Shown here: positions 25,026 to 37,763 of the stretch, piece after piece
Position numbering within the stretch: the stretch's first letter is position 1
Layout: the number at the start of each line of letters is the position of its first letter
Assembly: GCA_010093605.1 (NCBI GenBank)
Contig: MU004198.1
Coordinates: forward strand, 1,304,726 to 1,368,725
Origin: Lophium mytilinum
Taxonomy: Eukaryota
Length of the DNA: 64,000 nucleotides
Direction: 5' to 3'
The notes under the pieces: generated by a model
What the model saw: only the letters and a program-made list of their open reading frames with translations
Databases searched by the model: none
Told to the model about the DNA's origin: nothing
Program-made: the position numbers and the translations under genes

Positions 25026-26855
25026 ATGGCGAAGCTTCAAGCTGCTGCGTCGGGCTACCCCGTTGCCATCTTGCGATTTGCTATTTTCGTGCCGTTCGGC
25101 ATTTACTTTGCAACTGCAGGCCAGCATTGGACAACTATTAGGAAGCACGATGTCCTTCAGCACGCTCCTTACAGTCCCAGCATAGGACATGGAGAGCTCA
25201 TTGCAGCAAGATGGGTATGCGTTCATTGTTCTCGTATCTCAGTCTTCTGTTCATGCGATCATCTTATACTCCTCCAATCTTCACGCCAACTTTTCTTCTT
25301 ATTTCAAACCTCCAGCTGTGATGTTTCTGCAATGCCAACGACGATCAATCACCAATCTTGACCAATTCAATCTCTGCTTCACTCTTTCTAGATCTGCATC
25401 TCATACATCATATGTGTTTCTAGAAAGTGTGCTGACCGAATAGACCAAAACGGGCTTCTACTGGAATTTCGCTATCTGGATACCCAACATCATCTTTCCG
25501 GGACCTCTCGTTTTCTTAGTCGGCGTCTTCGACGCTGCCATTGCTACCATGTTAAGCATTGCCGTAAATTCACAGACCAAGCACAGTCCGCACACGTTCG
25601 GTGCTTGCAAGTGGGGAGGCGCCGAAACCTGGCAGGTACCCAACGGTACTGAGAGCTTTTTCACTGTGGCTGGCCGACTGAACGCCACAGTCGCTTCCCC
25701 GGAGAGAATGTGCAGGGACTACGTACAAGAATGGCAATACAGTATGAGCATTGTGTGAGTGAAGTAGACCGATACTCTCTTGAACACACTCTAATCTACA
25801 ACAGATCCCTGTACTGGACAATCGCTCTCTGCAACCTGTTCTTCAGCATCACGTCAACAGTATCCGCCTTCAAGTCTTCAACCCCACAGACCTTTCGCAA
25901 GAATATGTTCGACTCCGCCATGGCCATACCTCGCCTCGTCTTTTTTATTCTCATGGGCTTGTCTATTATCCCCGTCATCATCTTCCGCTGTCTCCCCATC
26001 CCTATCAAATCCCGCTTCCGCTTTGGCACCCGCTATACCGTCAGAGCCACCGAAGTTGTGCCACCGCCAAACGAAATAAAAATGCGCATGATGCGGCCCA
26101 CGCCCATACCGCCCTCCCAAACGCGCTACGACACATATGGCGCCTACGAGCAATCCACCAACGCCCTCGCCGACTTCCTCAACTACGACATCCTCGTTCT
26201 CCTCGCCCGCGACCTCCACTACGTCGACCTCATCAACCTCTCCCTCACCTCAAAGACCATGCGCGACGTCGTCTTCCCCGGCACCGATCACGCCGCCCGC
26301 TCCGACCACTTCGCCCTCTATACCTGCGAGCCCGACTCAAAAACCGAGTGCTGGAACTGCACGCTGCAAACCTGCCGCGGCTGCGGCTTCTGGAGCAACA
26401 TGCCGCAGACCTCCACCCTCTTCCACCTCGACGCCTGCGAACCCTACTGCAGCAGCTGCTACTTTAGCCACGTGTGTGCGCGTAAGGGGAAGGTCATGGA
26501 CAACACGAAGTGCGTGTGCGCGCCGAAGCCGCCGCCGAGCTTGTGGAAGCGTGTGATGTTCGGCGAGACGTCGGCCAGGAATCAGGCGGGCGGGGCGTAT
26601 GCGCGCACGGCGGCGTCGCGGCTGCTGTGCGCGATGTGCTGGGAGATGGGGCCGGATGAGGTGGCGCGGCGGCGCGAGGAGCGCACGAAGGCCGAGTTGC
26701 GGGATCCGAATCGCTGCAAGGCTTGCGCGAAGTGTGGGCTGGCGTTGGGGCGGGGGGTGAGGTGGTGGGTGCATAGTCAGTGTGGGAAGGAATGTCGGAG
26801 TCGGTTGCATCTGCCGTGGGGGATACTGGGGAAGAGTAGGGATGAGGAGGGGTGA
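25026..26855 (+). CDS. Multi-pass membrane protein with F-box-like motif and Cys-rich C-terminus
   Basis: Exons at about 25026-25214, 25444-25754 and 25805-26855. Hydrophobic helices, then LADFLNYDILVLLARDLHYVDLINLSLTSKTMR, then multiple CxxC pairs. Confidence 0.7.
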
Positions 26856-27406
26856 GTGGAGGCTGGAGTGTTAGAAAGCTTATAATGTGCATTAGTCCAC
26901 CATCGGTCTTAGTGAAGAGGTTTGGTTCAGCAAGGCGTTCGGGTACGATTACACGATGTATATGACAGGAATTTCCATTGAAGTGTAAAGCACCTAGACT
27001 TAAGTTTGGCCACTCCTTGCAACTGCTTGGGGTACCTTGACTGGTTCTCAATTTCTGAAGATGATGTAAAGGCTAACGTAGCGAATATTAGGCTACCTTT
27101 TGACGAAGGATATAGCTGCAAGCTGGGGTATCCCTTATAGTGGTGTCGATTACTCAAGAATGGAGCCAAAGTAGTGGTATATCCAGGCGCCCAACCTTAT
27201 ATTATAGTACTACGCGTATACCAGACAAAGTACAATTACAGTAACTTTTCAACGGATAGCAATGCTACAGAACCAAGAAAAGTAAGAAGATACCTAGCTT
27301 GAGTAATCACCCCTCAGTGTAAACGAACTCTACCTTTCGAGCGACCGCGTATCAATCCGGTATCCGAGATCACGCGCTTACAAGTGAGGTGAAAAGCTAT
27401 CGGCTA

Positions 27407-27570
27407 GGCCATATAATCCGGAGTATTCTTGCTAAGATTATAATAAGAATGTCCCATGTCACAGAGGCGGGGTGGTAACACTCGACGTGCCTAGCGTGCG
27501 TGGAAACTTCTTATTTTGCATTTTTTGCCCTCCAGTCAACCTCAGGTTCGAGCCTCGGCTCGGATCCTGT
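27407..27570 (+). ncRNA. Candidate structured Pol III RNA or SINE-like repeat, copy 2
   Basis: Hairpin 27442-27515 with GTAA loop, then a T6 run, GGTTCGAGCC at 27545-27554 and a T5 run. Homologous to 20441-20625. Confidence 0.5.
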
Positions 27571-28193
27571 CTTTTTGCGTATTACTTATCTTTTTGGCTG
27601 GTGATTCTCCGGAGTCTTATCACGTGACCTATTACCTTTTCATCTCCAATGGTGCAATCTTTTGTATTGCTTCAGTACATTCCCGGCCTTCACCTTAGTC
27701 AGAGCTGACGTATCTTTCTTGGCATTTTTATCCTCGTCAGCTCAGGTTTTACGGGGATCATGAAACAAGACCCAATCATACGACCGACAGTTGATGCTTT
27801 AGGCATACTGAAACATAGATCGTCTTGGACTTGATGCGATGCGGTTAACGTTCGGGTAGCAGACGCATAGAGGGCTTGGTGTTTCATGCTTCCATGCTCA
27901 CACTCTCAAAACAGATATGAAGATGGCGTGCATTGAAAGCACGATCGCACGGCAATTGCCTGCTTGGTTCGTCTTCTAGAAGACGTTTCGGGATGGGAGG
28001 GATTACCTCGACGCGTTGTGCTTGGATGCCACAATGTCAGACATGATAAGGCATGTACATTTCTAATATTTTGAAGGTTATTGTCGCTTTATGAGTTGAT
28101 CTCTTCTGCTTCTTTTTCTCCAGTTCAACTCTTGCCGCAGGCGGCTTTTTTGATTTTCTTCATTTAAACTATTAGTATAACTTTTGCGCAAAC

Positions 28194-30084
28194 ATGGGCT
28201 GGGGTATTCTTCAGGATCCGCTGATGGCTAGTCCTCCGGGAACCTCTACCATTGGAGCGTCTCCAGTTGTTGGTAAGCCGACCCCTTTCACACGATAATG
28301 TGCTGTTTAGTTTTGATGCTTCGTTCACAGCGTATGCCCCAGGAGACACCGATTTCTTGCAGAAGGACGGGAACATCATCCTGCAACCACAACCATCAGA
28401 CAACGTCAATGATCCTCTCAACTGTAAGTTAATTACTATGCCTGTAAGCAATGGCTGCACTCTTACTTACGAATAGGGTCTCCACTATGGAAGAATACCA
28501 TCATGATCATTCTTGCGTTCAGTTCGGGGGTGACGACCGCGTAAGAACCTCCAGCTCAGACCGCAACGACAGACCTACTGATCAATCCGCCAGTCTCGGC
28601 CCAATGCTCACCCCCGGCCTCCAGACTATCGCAATCCAGTACCATGTCAGCCTCGACATGGTTTCAAGCCTCATGATCGGCTTTTTCGCGTTCTGGATCG
28701 GATCGACGACATTCTTCACAGCCGCCGGCGCAAATATTTGGGGAAAGCGGCCCTTCTTCCTCATATCCACCGTGATACTGATCGGTACCTGCGTCTGGGG
28801 ATATCTGGCTACCGTAGGGTTTAGCTGCTGTTTCCGCTATGAAATGCTCTTGCTTACTAGACACAGTCCTTCCCATCGCTAGCAGCCATGCGTGTCGTCC
28901 AAGGCATGGCCTCCGCTCCCCTCGAGACACTCGTCACCAGTTCCGTTTCCGACCTCTTCTTCGTCCACCAACGTGGCTCTCGCCTCGCTATTTGGGGTGT
29001 CATGCTTGCTTCCGGTGTCCTCCTAGGGTAAAGTTTCCCTCTTATCCATCTATTATCATTGTATACTAACATACCCAGCCAAACCATCTCCGGATACATA
29101 ATCCAGACCCTCGGCATCCGCTCCACCTTCGCCATCGCAGGCATGATCTTTATCCTCCTCTTACCTCTAACCTACTTCTTCGTCCTAGAGACCACCTTCA
29201 CCTCCCCACGCGAGCGCACCGTCCAGCTGCAAGAAAAGGGAAACTCCTTCTGGATGATTGAACACGATGAACGAGAGCTCTACCGCCGCCGGCTGCGCGT
29301 CTTCCGCGGCCGCCTTAGTCCCGAGAGCTACTGGAAAGGCGTGGTGAAGCCATTCCCGCTGATCGCGTACCCGGCTGTGCTCTTCAGCACTATCGTGTAC
29401 GGGTCGTTCTTCACGCGGCTGCTTGTCATCTCGGTGCTATCGGCCACCGCTTTCGGAAGTCCGCCGTACAATCTCACGCCATCACAGATTGGGCTAACGA
29501 ATCTTCCATTGTTCGGCGTCGCGTTGATAGGCTCGCCGCTATCCGGGTGGATGGCAGACGCGATAGTGAAGAGCATGGCGCGCCGCAACCGGGGTGTATT
29601 CGAGCCCGAATTTCGGCTCACGCTCATGCTAGTCGCCGTGCCGCTGTCCACCATCGGCTTCCTCGGCTTCGGAATGAGTGTAGACAGCCAAGCGCCGCTG
29701 GTCTGGCCGCTCGTCTTCATGTCTTTGCACTCGCTCTCGATCCCGTTCGCGACGCAGGCGAGTTTGACGTACGTGATTGACTGCCACCCGAAGGACGCGA
29801 ACCAGGCGTTCGTAACGATCAATTTCGCCAAAGCGGTGTTCACGTTCCTAGCGACGACGTATGTGAACGGGTGGTATCTGCGAGTGGGGCCGAAGGAGGT
29901 GTTTCATATTATCGCGGCGATCAACTTGGTAGTTTGCGCGTTAACTGTACCCGCGTATGTCTTTGGGAAGAGGTTTAGGGGCATGGTGAGTTCTGAGCGC
30001 TTTCGTGTTCTGGAAAGTGGGCGGTACTAATGGAGCCAATGTTAGGTTGCGCGGAGTAGACTTGCGCAGAAGCTGTCGGGGTAG
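28194..30084 (+). CDS. MFS transporter, HOL1/DHA1-like
   Basis: MGWGILQD..PPGT start, ILQPQPSDNVNDPLNW, WGKRPFFL, DLFFVHQRG, ARRNRGVFEPEFRL and YVFGKRFR motifs; about six introns; stop TAG 30082-30084. Confidence 0.9.
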
Positions 30085-32951
30085 ACGGGATGGTGTTTCA
30101 GACACGTGGGTATGGTAGCATTTTGGTACAGTGACAGGTCATAAGTCTGGACACACTCGTTCGCTACTGCTTGGGGGTCCCCCGCAGATTTTCGAGACCC
30201 AAGGTCCACGTTGAGTCTCAGGTAGTTTAAATTGGGCTGCCTCTTGGCTGACTAGATACTAAATAGCCAAGCTTCCCCCTATAGCGATGCCAAGCTTGCA
30301 AGACTCAAGCCGAGGAGTAAAGATCTATATGCCCAAAATTATCATTTAGCATTGTAGGATGTTCATGTACATGCATCGAAGGGTGACGATGATATAGAGG
30401 TAGTTTTGATGGAACAATAAAATTGATGACGTGCAACGAGTGTACTACGTAGCAGCATTGACGAGAAAGATGTGACAGTACAATGCCTCGATATGGGTCT
30501 GTGTAGGCGTTCTTACCAATGGTCAAAGTGCTCTAACCCACTTGCGAGTCTTCGAAGGAGATGGTAACTCAGCGCTTTGTACGTTCCGTAAGCTCGCTGG
30601 CCACCCTAAACACTGCTGTCAAGCACGTCAAAACAAGGCTCCTAGATAGAGCAAACACTAACATGTGTGCAAGCTCAGCGATCAATCTCACAACCGTAAC
30701 CCAGTAGTTCCAGATATTCCAACGTCATCGTATTGTTCCTCATTCAGCCCGGCCATTGCGACATCAGTCAATTCGGCGACAAGTTCCCACGATGTGCAGC
30801 AGGAGCAGCCTTTCGAGGTTGACAGCTCTCCATTGTCTGGCCTGGAGAAGAGCGCGGGTTGATCTGAAGGTCCCTCCGACTGCCAGCGGGTAACCGGAAC
30901 AAGTGCTTTGATGTGGGAACCGGTTGGGAAATGGTTGAGAAGCGGCGCGTGGTACATGCAGCCTGGTAACGGTTTCGGAGCATCGCGATAGCCTGCAGAG
31001 TCGTAGTCAACATCATAAGCCCCTAGTCAGGGTAGGTCATCGAGAAAAAGACGGTCAACAGTTCACACAATGTAGAACAAACATGAAGATAGTAATTAAA
31101 AACGAGAAAACTGTAGGATGTATGGCTAGGAGATTGCGGCCCTTGCTAACACTTGCCAGGGTTCGTGTTGGACGATCGAAGTGATAGTTGGTCCACACCA
31201 GCTACATTCCTTTTAGAAGACGGCGACTCTGCTGCCAAATGAACCTGTTCTATTTCTTGGGATGAGATGGTGGCTTTGGAGCTGTGGTCCGACTCCTGGC
31301 TCGTTCTGCTAATGCTGTTAGCCTCAGTTACATGACCTCCGTATGCCAGTCCTTACCCTTTTACCTGAACAAGAGTCATGACAATATCCTAGAGATACTT
31401 GGTGAAGGGGTATTCAAATTGTGAAGCTATGCAAGGAATTCGACGTTAAGCTGCAAGGTGCTCTTGGACGGGAGAATGGCGCGTCGACTTCATTTGAACA
31501 CGCTGACCCGCCACCCTCGCAGGATCTTGGAGAAAGCATAGCAATTGACGTGGCGTGGGGCGAAGGTGAAATGGGCGACCTTCTTTCGTTTGCCTTATTT
31601 TGGCCACACAGTAGCAGAAAGTTGAAAGTGCCGCGCGGATGGCTACGTGAAATCGTGCGGTTCGAAGGCGGGTGACCTTCTACTTCTCTAGAAAATGGCA
31701 CCGCTATAGGCTCTAGAAGGTCAGTGACAGCACCTTAGAACAGACAACATGCAACGCTGCAGTGAGCTGTCATGGGGTATCATGAGGTGTCTGGACGGGA
31801 TTGTGGCGATGAGTCGAGAGAGAAAGATGATAGGAGATAAGCAACACGCGGATCACGAGTTTGCCACCACATTTGGTCCCTCTCATTTCGCTAGACCCGG
31901 CTAGCCCGTTGTTCTTGTGATACCAGCTGCATGGCACCTTGTGGGGCAATCCAACCAGCCCTGCGAACTGTATTCGTCTGACGGCAGGTTCCCTTGAAAA
32001 GCCGCCCTCTCTGGGCTTGTGTGCACTTGCCTAGCATAGCTTGAGGTCCATTAGTCTCCGAGGAAAGTGTGGAGCGACAGTCTAAGCAAGCATTATAGCT
32101 CTTCGGGCCCCAGATGGTGTTGAACTGCCACTGCATGTTGAATGGGGCAGAGTCGGGCACAGGAGAATGGGGCTGGTACAGAAGCTGCGCGGATCCTCTA
32201 GAAATCAGAGCTTACTCCGCCACGGAAGCTGGCTGGCTTCGATGAGTTTGCATCTCCATTGAGGAGACGCGGTGGGGACTCCGAGATCTGAAAGGGATGC
32301 CACGTCGAAGGTTTTGCTCCCGGTCAATGTGGAGATTCAGAGGCGACTTAGGGACCGCATCAGGAGTTCGCTCCATAACTTTACGATCCGTACTATCACT
32401 GCGGTTTCTTGAAGCATCTGACTGTGCTGTCAGAAGTAGGAAGTCATCGGCCGGATGCTACCGTTTACACTGGCGAATGATGGTTACGTGGGGGAGTAGC
32501 CGTACTGAGCGCCCTCTCGGCCCGTAAAGAAAGTGTATCACAAACGGCGAGACTGAATATTGACTTCTAGTGTGATTGTAAGTGATTGATGCGTCTGATA
32601 GGACGGAAAAGGCCCTGTGGAATGGTGACGCGGGCCCGTGATGCGTGCCCGTGGTGGTGCTGGGGACTCTCAATGGCGGCGTTTCGCTGGGAGTGGCGAC
32701 ATCGTCGTTTTTGCCACCGGATAGAGTAGCTCAAGAAGCGGTCAGAGGCAAATCGTGGTGTAGACCGGAAGCCTGAGGTTGCCTGGAGGTCTTGGGGGGG
32801 AGTGCGTGGAAGGTTTGCCGCTAGGCTTCTTTCGGTCCTTAGCGCGAGCCCGGCATGGAGCCCGAGTGCCTTTGCATCTGCCAACTCACCGCCATCAAGC
32901 CGACCTTCCCCACCGGATGCTGCAGCAGAGCCTCATGCCACGTTAGGGCCC

Positions 32952-34473
32952 ATGGACCATGTGGCCAGCACCATCGTCGAACGGGTTCAGTCGCTGAGCG
33001 ACATTGAACTCGCCTCACTCCTCTGCCTTGTCGCTGACCAGCATTGCATCATCGAGGCCGAAGAAGGTCTATTGGATGGTGTCGAGCGGGAGATACAGCT
33101 TGTAAATATGTCCAGAGCTGAAATGAAGAATTGCGTTTATAGCTGACCCATAAAGGTGGCTTCTGACGTATTTGGATTATCATGCTGCGTCTTAAACTGC
33201 TCGGAGAGCACCACTTTAGATGACTTCGACAAGGGCATTCTCATGGCGGAAGACGATGACGGATTCGATTCCAGTGAGAGGAGAAGATCTAAAGACGATG
33301 TAAGAGTCGCTCCTCATTAATCCATGTATATCTCATAACGCCAATCATCTCCTTGACCACACGCTCGCCTTGGCCAGCCAACATTAGTATCTAATTCATT
33401 CACACAGTGTTTCTCCTCCTTCTCTATCTCGGATCAAAGAAGGCAGTCAGACAAACGCGTTTCAAGATCGCCAGGAGCCTTCACTTCACTAGATAGTCGA
33501 AAGATTGCCAATATCGTCATTGCAAAGAACTTAAATGAGACCAATCAACAAGTCCAAATTCAGGTTCTCGAGGTAGGTATTATCCGACAAGCAGTGTGAG
33601 GATGAATCTATGCTTAACTACTTCGCAGCTCATACGCGGGAAGAGGGTTTTCACGAGAACGGCAGTTCACGCAGCACCGAAACCTTTTCTATTCATAGCA
33701 TTGAATGCCTACGAGTCCGAACTTAAGCTCACCCAACACTTGGTAAGCTCAACTTCCCCATTTTCAACGAGCACATCTAAGTAGTCATGCAGAACGATCA
33801 ATTCTTCCTTTCGCACAGGCACTTCGCCGAGGATGGCGTTCCCAACCTAGAAGAATTGGTAGCAAAAGCGAACTTTTCAGAAGATGGCACGTCAGCCTCA
33901 TCGGTAATACGATCGCCCCCGATGAAACTCCCTGCTTCAAAGTCTTTGACGCCGATCTTTTCGCAAGACGTAAGTGCCCGGCTGTGATTTTCGCGCTCGA
34001 CCTAGCTAATGGTTTTCCAGGACCTTGACGCACTCGTAGCTTCCACCGCGGAAGTGCGAATAAGCCCTGAAATCCGTGCATATATGCACAACATCATCGT
34101 CTTCTTGAGACTGCACCGCGCTGTTGCAGGTGGCATCTCCGCAACCTCTACGCGGCATTTTAGCGCGCTAGTCCGGTAAGTTTTCCACGTTTCTTCGTCG
34201 ATATCCTCCTATCTTATATTAGATGTGAGTTCTGAACATCGCTTTCTGTACAGAACTCTCGCGCCCCTCCATGGTTATACATATGCGTCGCCATCTCTCG
34301 TCACCCTTGCAATCAGCAAGGTCTTCCGACATAGGATCGAGCTTACCACTCCAGAAAACGAGCGAAGCATGCAGTGGGGAAGCTCCCTAGATGCTGTAAA
34401 GGCCGTGTTGGATGGTGTGACTGCGGAGGACGTCATAGAAGAGGTGCTAGAGGCAGTAGAGGCTCCATTATAG
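32952..34473 (+). CDS. Conserved fungal protein with ChlI/MoxR-type AAA lid-like C-terminus
   Basis: LSDIELASLLCLVADQHCII start, KIANIVIAKNL..VQIQVLE, YMHNIIVFLRLHRAVAGGIS and PENERSMQWGS...VEAPL end; multiple canonical introns. Confidence 0.75.
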
Positions 34474-34691
34474 GAGTAGAGAGTACCAAGACAGATATCT
34501 ATACATGACAGTAGCTTCTAGTGTTCACCTTTTCCCAAGGTCTCTGATGACATGTTGAGCCACCCCGGACAACGGCGAGCTAGGTCAATTTTGCGCGTGT
34601 CAGTTCGCTCTACATCGCACCCCTTTCGCCGATGTATTATGCTAAAAGTCTTCGGAAACATCTTTACCACTGTTATACATTACATTGACTG

Positions 34692-35388
34692 AAACTTGAC
34701 ATCTCATGATTTGTGAGGTGAGTATGGCCAGGAGCGTCCCAGATCGATACAACTACTGCCAAAACGTTCGTCTAGTGCCCTTGAGTAGTGAAGATTAGCA
34801 GCGTCCTGTTCACCACTTCACCTCGTCGTTAGAGAAATTAGCAGACATCCGAGCCGACGTACAATCCTTAGCATTTTATCTCCGTCAGATACGGCACCAC
34901 AAACAGCGACAAGTACGCTAATGGCTAGCGGGTTGGATCTTTCTAATGTAAGCTTTTCAGGAGTTAACGTTTTATCAAAATCCTTGAGCGCGTTAAGACA
35001 CTGCTGACAGTGGTAAGCAGTTAGGGGCACCAGACGAGCGTCTTGACAATAGTGTTACCGATGGAAGACGCCCCTGGCCATACTCGCTTTTTACAACACA
35101 GGATGTCAAGTTCTAGGGGGGGTGAATTGGGCGTGTAGGTGTGTACATCTGCGCGTTACCGACGTAAGACGCCCCTGGCCCTACATATTCTCTAAATCCC
35201 AAGATGTCAAGTTCTGGACAGCGTGAATCGGGCGTGCGGGGTTACGTCTGCGCGCTTAGAATCGAGCGCCTGTGGCGAGCGTCTTGACAATAGTGTCACC
35301 GACGGAAGACGCCCCTGGCCTAATACAATTTCTGAATCATAAGATGTCATGTTCCAGACAGCGTGCATCGGGCGCGGGGATGTTACCC
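34692..35388. repeat. Degenerate ~100-140 bp repeat family: one inverted copy plus three tandem copies
   Basis: GACGCCCCTGGCC at 35067, 35168 and 35308, each followed by GATGTCAWGTTC. A reverse-complement copy lies at 34692-34781. Confidence 0.85.
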
Positions 35389-35515
35389 TGTGATACTTGA
35401 TAAAATAAATCCATCTTGTTGCGCAAGGCCCGCTTTTCTTCCTTCTCCTCCATCTTACAGATCCATCCCTTTAAATCGTCGACATTTCGATCTGACCACC
35501 ATAAGCACCGCCATC

Positions 35516-36002
35516 ATGGCCAGCAACAACGTCAGCTGTCAATCTCTTCACCGTTCACCATCGCCTTGACTTTAGACAGAATCACGCCCTCATCATTCCG
35601 AGTTGCTTTGCGAAAACCCACATTGCACTCTCCTTATACTACACCCAGAGGCTAACTCTCACAGCAGAACCACTCCAACACCCGCGACCCTCCGACGCCA
35701 CCATGGAGGATGCGCCTGCTCGCTCAATCGCGGAGTTGGAGGCCGAAAACCTCCATCTGAGGCAGAGCTTCGAGGAGGTGGAGAAGGAGCTGAAGAGGAT
35801 TCGCGCGTCGGATGAGCGCATGAAGAGACGTATTGAGGAGTCGAAGGGGAAGAAATCCGGGCAAAAGTGGCAGGACTTGCAGTACTCCTGGCGCCACGAT
35901 CATAATCCGGCCTGTAATGCCGAAGTTACAGACTCCACAAGCATATCAATCGATCATAGAAGCTTGTCGATATCAAAGTTCTGCTCTTTCCGTGATGATT
36001 AG
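35516..36002 (+). CDS. Small coiled-coil protein related to the 12234-12765 gene
   Basis: MASNN|GTCAGC intron, probable micro-exon, GCTAAC..CACAG acceptor, then ...SDATMEDAPARSIAELEAENLHLRQSFEEVEKELKR (ORF 35703-36002). The second donor is weak. Confidence 0.45.
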
Positions 36003-37297
36003 GCTGCACGTCGCTACCGTAGTTCATACTTTTATGCTCTTCGAACTTGGCTAGCACCTCGAAGCTCCAACTTTCTAAATTTTTGAGTATCTTGACAATT
36101 CTAGCACCAGCGTGCATACAGCTGACAAGCAGTAAGACCTCTACCGAGTTCTCGGAATTCTCCGCCAAGAGTGTTGCCGGCTCGCTCAAAGTCTTCAAGC
36201 GCCATACGCCTCCGCCTAGGTTCATTTCGGCTAGCACAATCTTCCGTCCAACTGATGGAGCGTGGATGATTCTGATGTGGTCATCGTAGCTTCCTGTGAT
36301 GACGATATCTCGCCCCAAGGGTAGGACTGCGGTGACGCCGGCTCCATGAATTCTCCTGTCGGCCCAAGTGCTTCTGGAGTCCATCTGCTCGTCGAACATC
36401 TCTTCCAAGGATGTTGGTGTTGCTTGTGCCGATGGGATGCTCGGTAAACTGCAATACCGCAGCACACTGTCGTCGCCGCCGGAGAGCAATCCATTGCCAT
36501 CAGGCTGGAATGCGAGCGTCCAAGCCTCCAGTTCGTGCGAAGGTAGTGATACGAGGTTCGCTTGAGCATCGTTTCCTTTAGTAGAACACACCATTACCTC
36601 GCCACTCGAGAGGGTGATGCCGACAACATTTGCAGAGGTAGGATGCCATGCGAAAGCAGTAATCAGGGTGTTCTCTGGAACATACTGTAGAGTCTGCACG
36701 TGCTCTAATTGTGGTTGATGCTCCAAAGCTGACGCATTCGAATCCGGTCTCCTGAGCTCATACAATGCCAGTGATCCTGTAGACGATGCTGCGCCTATTA
36801 AATGGGGGTTTCCATGTTGTGTAGGAGTGAAATGGACATCTAGAATAGCGAAGGGCGTAGAGAGTGTCTGAACGATTTTGCTTAAGATTAAATCAGCGGA
36901 GCTCTGCAAACACTGAAGAACGATGCGTCGAAGAGCACTTCCTTTTCACGAGAATGGCATGGTTTCGCTGATTAATATCACATATATAACGTGACATCGG
37001 GAAAGAGACCTTTCCTTTGAATACTATAGCTAAAGATGCGCAGAGGCTTTGGTCTTCCGGTTCCTTGAAATACAGAGGTAGCACTTACACGGAGCTCCCA
37101 TGGACGTGTATGAGTATCAGGCTGCCATTTCTGGACTGCGGCCTTTCGGTTGCTGATTCCGTCTTTTCTTCGCTGTCATTGCTTTGTTCGAGATTGTAAG
37201 TTCCTACGACGGCATACTCGGGATCAAGAGGCCAGAATTCCACGCAGCTTGGCGGTAGGTCGAGGACTAAAGAGTCAATCGAAGCAACTGATGCCAT
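35926..37297 (-). CDS. DPH7: Diphthamide biosynthesis methylesterase, WD40 (Dph7/Rrt2)
   Basis: LDLPPSCVEF..VVGTYNL, HELEAW, SGGDDS, HGAGVTA, TGSYDD, LGGGVWRL, SCMHAG, FEEHKSMNYGSD and STSFYDR motifs; one intron at about 36881-37088. Confidence 0.9.
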
Positions 37298-37763
37298 GAC
37301 GCCGCCTACATGCGACCCATCACTATTCGATAAGCGCGCAATTGTGATGCATTGAGCCGTGAGATGGTTGGGGAAACTGGATAGGGTAGGTGAGGCCGGG
37401 GCGAGGAGGAATACCATAAATGGTCCAAGCGCGAGTTCTTTTTTTAGCCTCAACCTCAGCCGCTAGAATACGTGTCTACTCTCCCCATCCTCACCATCCC
37501 GTCTGCTCATGAGGCAGGTCGATGGGTTACAATATCGTCACGCGATGAGAGTCTGACGCCTTGGCTTTGCAATAAGACTTGGTGCCTCAACGGACTTGCC
37601 AAATTGGCCTTCGCTGCCTGATTGTCGCCTAAGCTAACCACATCCTCACAAGCTTTGCCACAGCTATTCTCTACTTAACCCACCTGACATCGCTCTCATT
37701 TCGTGTTCTCGCATCACAACGCGTCCGTTACACTCCAGATCACCTTCAATCACAGCAATCATC

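Noticed and set aside
24061..25185. Several 100-190 aa ORFs upstream of the membrane F-box gene
   Set aside because: Non-ATG starts, random-looking composition and mutual overlap; likely promoter or UTR.
30820..34585. PDNGEL-encoding match between about 30825-30842 (minus) and 34565-34582 (plus)
   Set aside because: Only about 17 nt with mismatches and no flanking similarity; consistent with chance.
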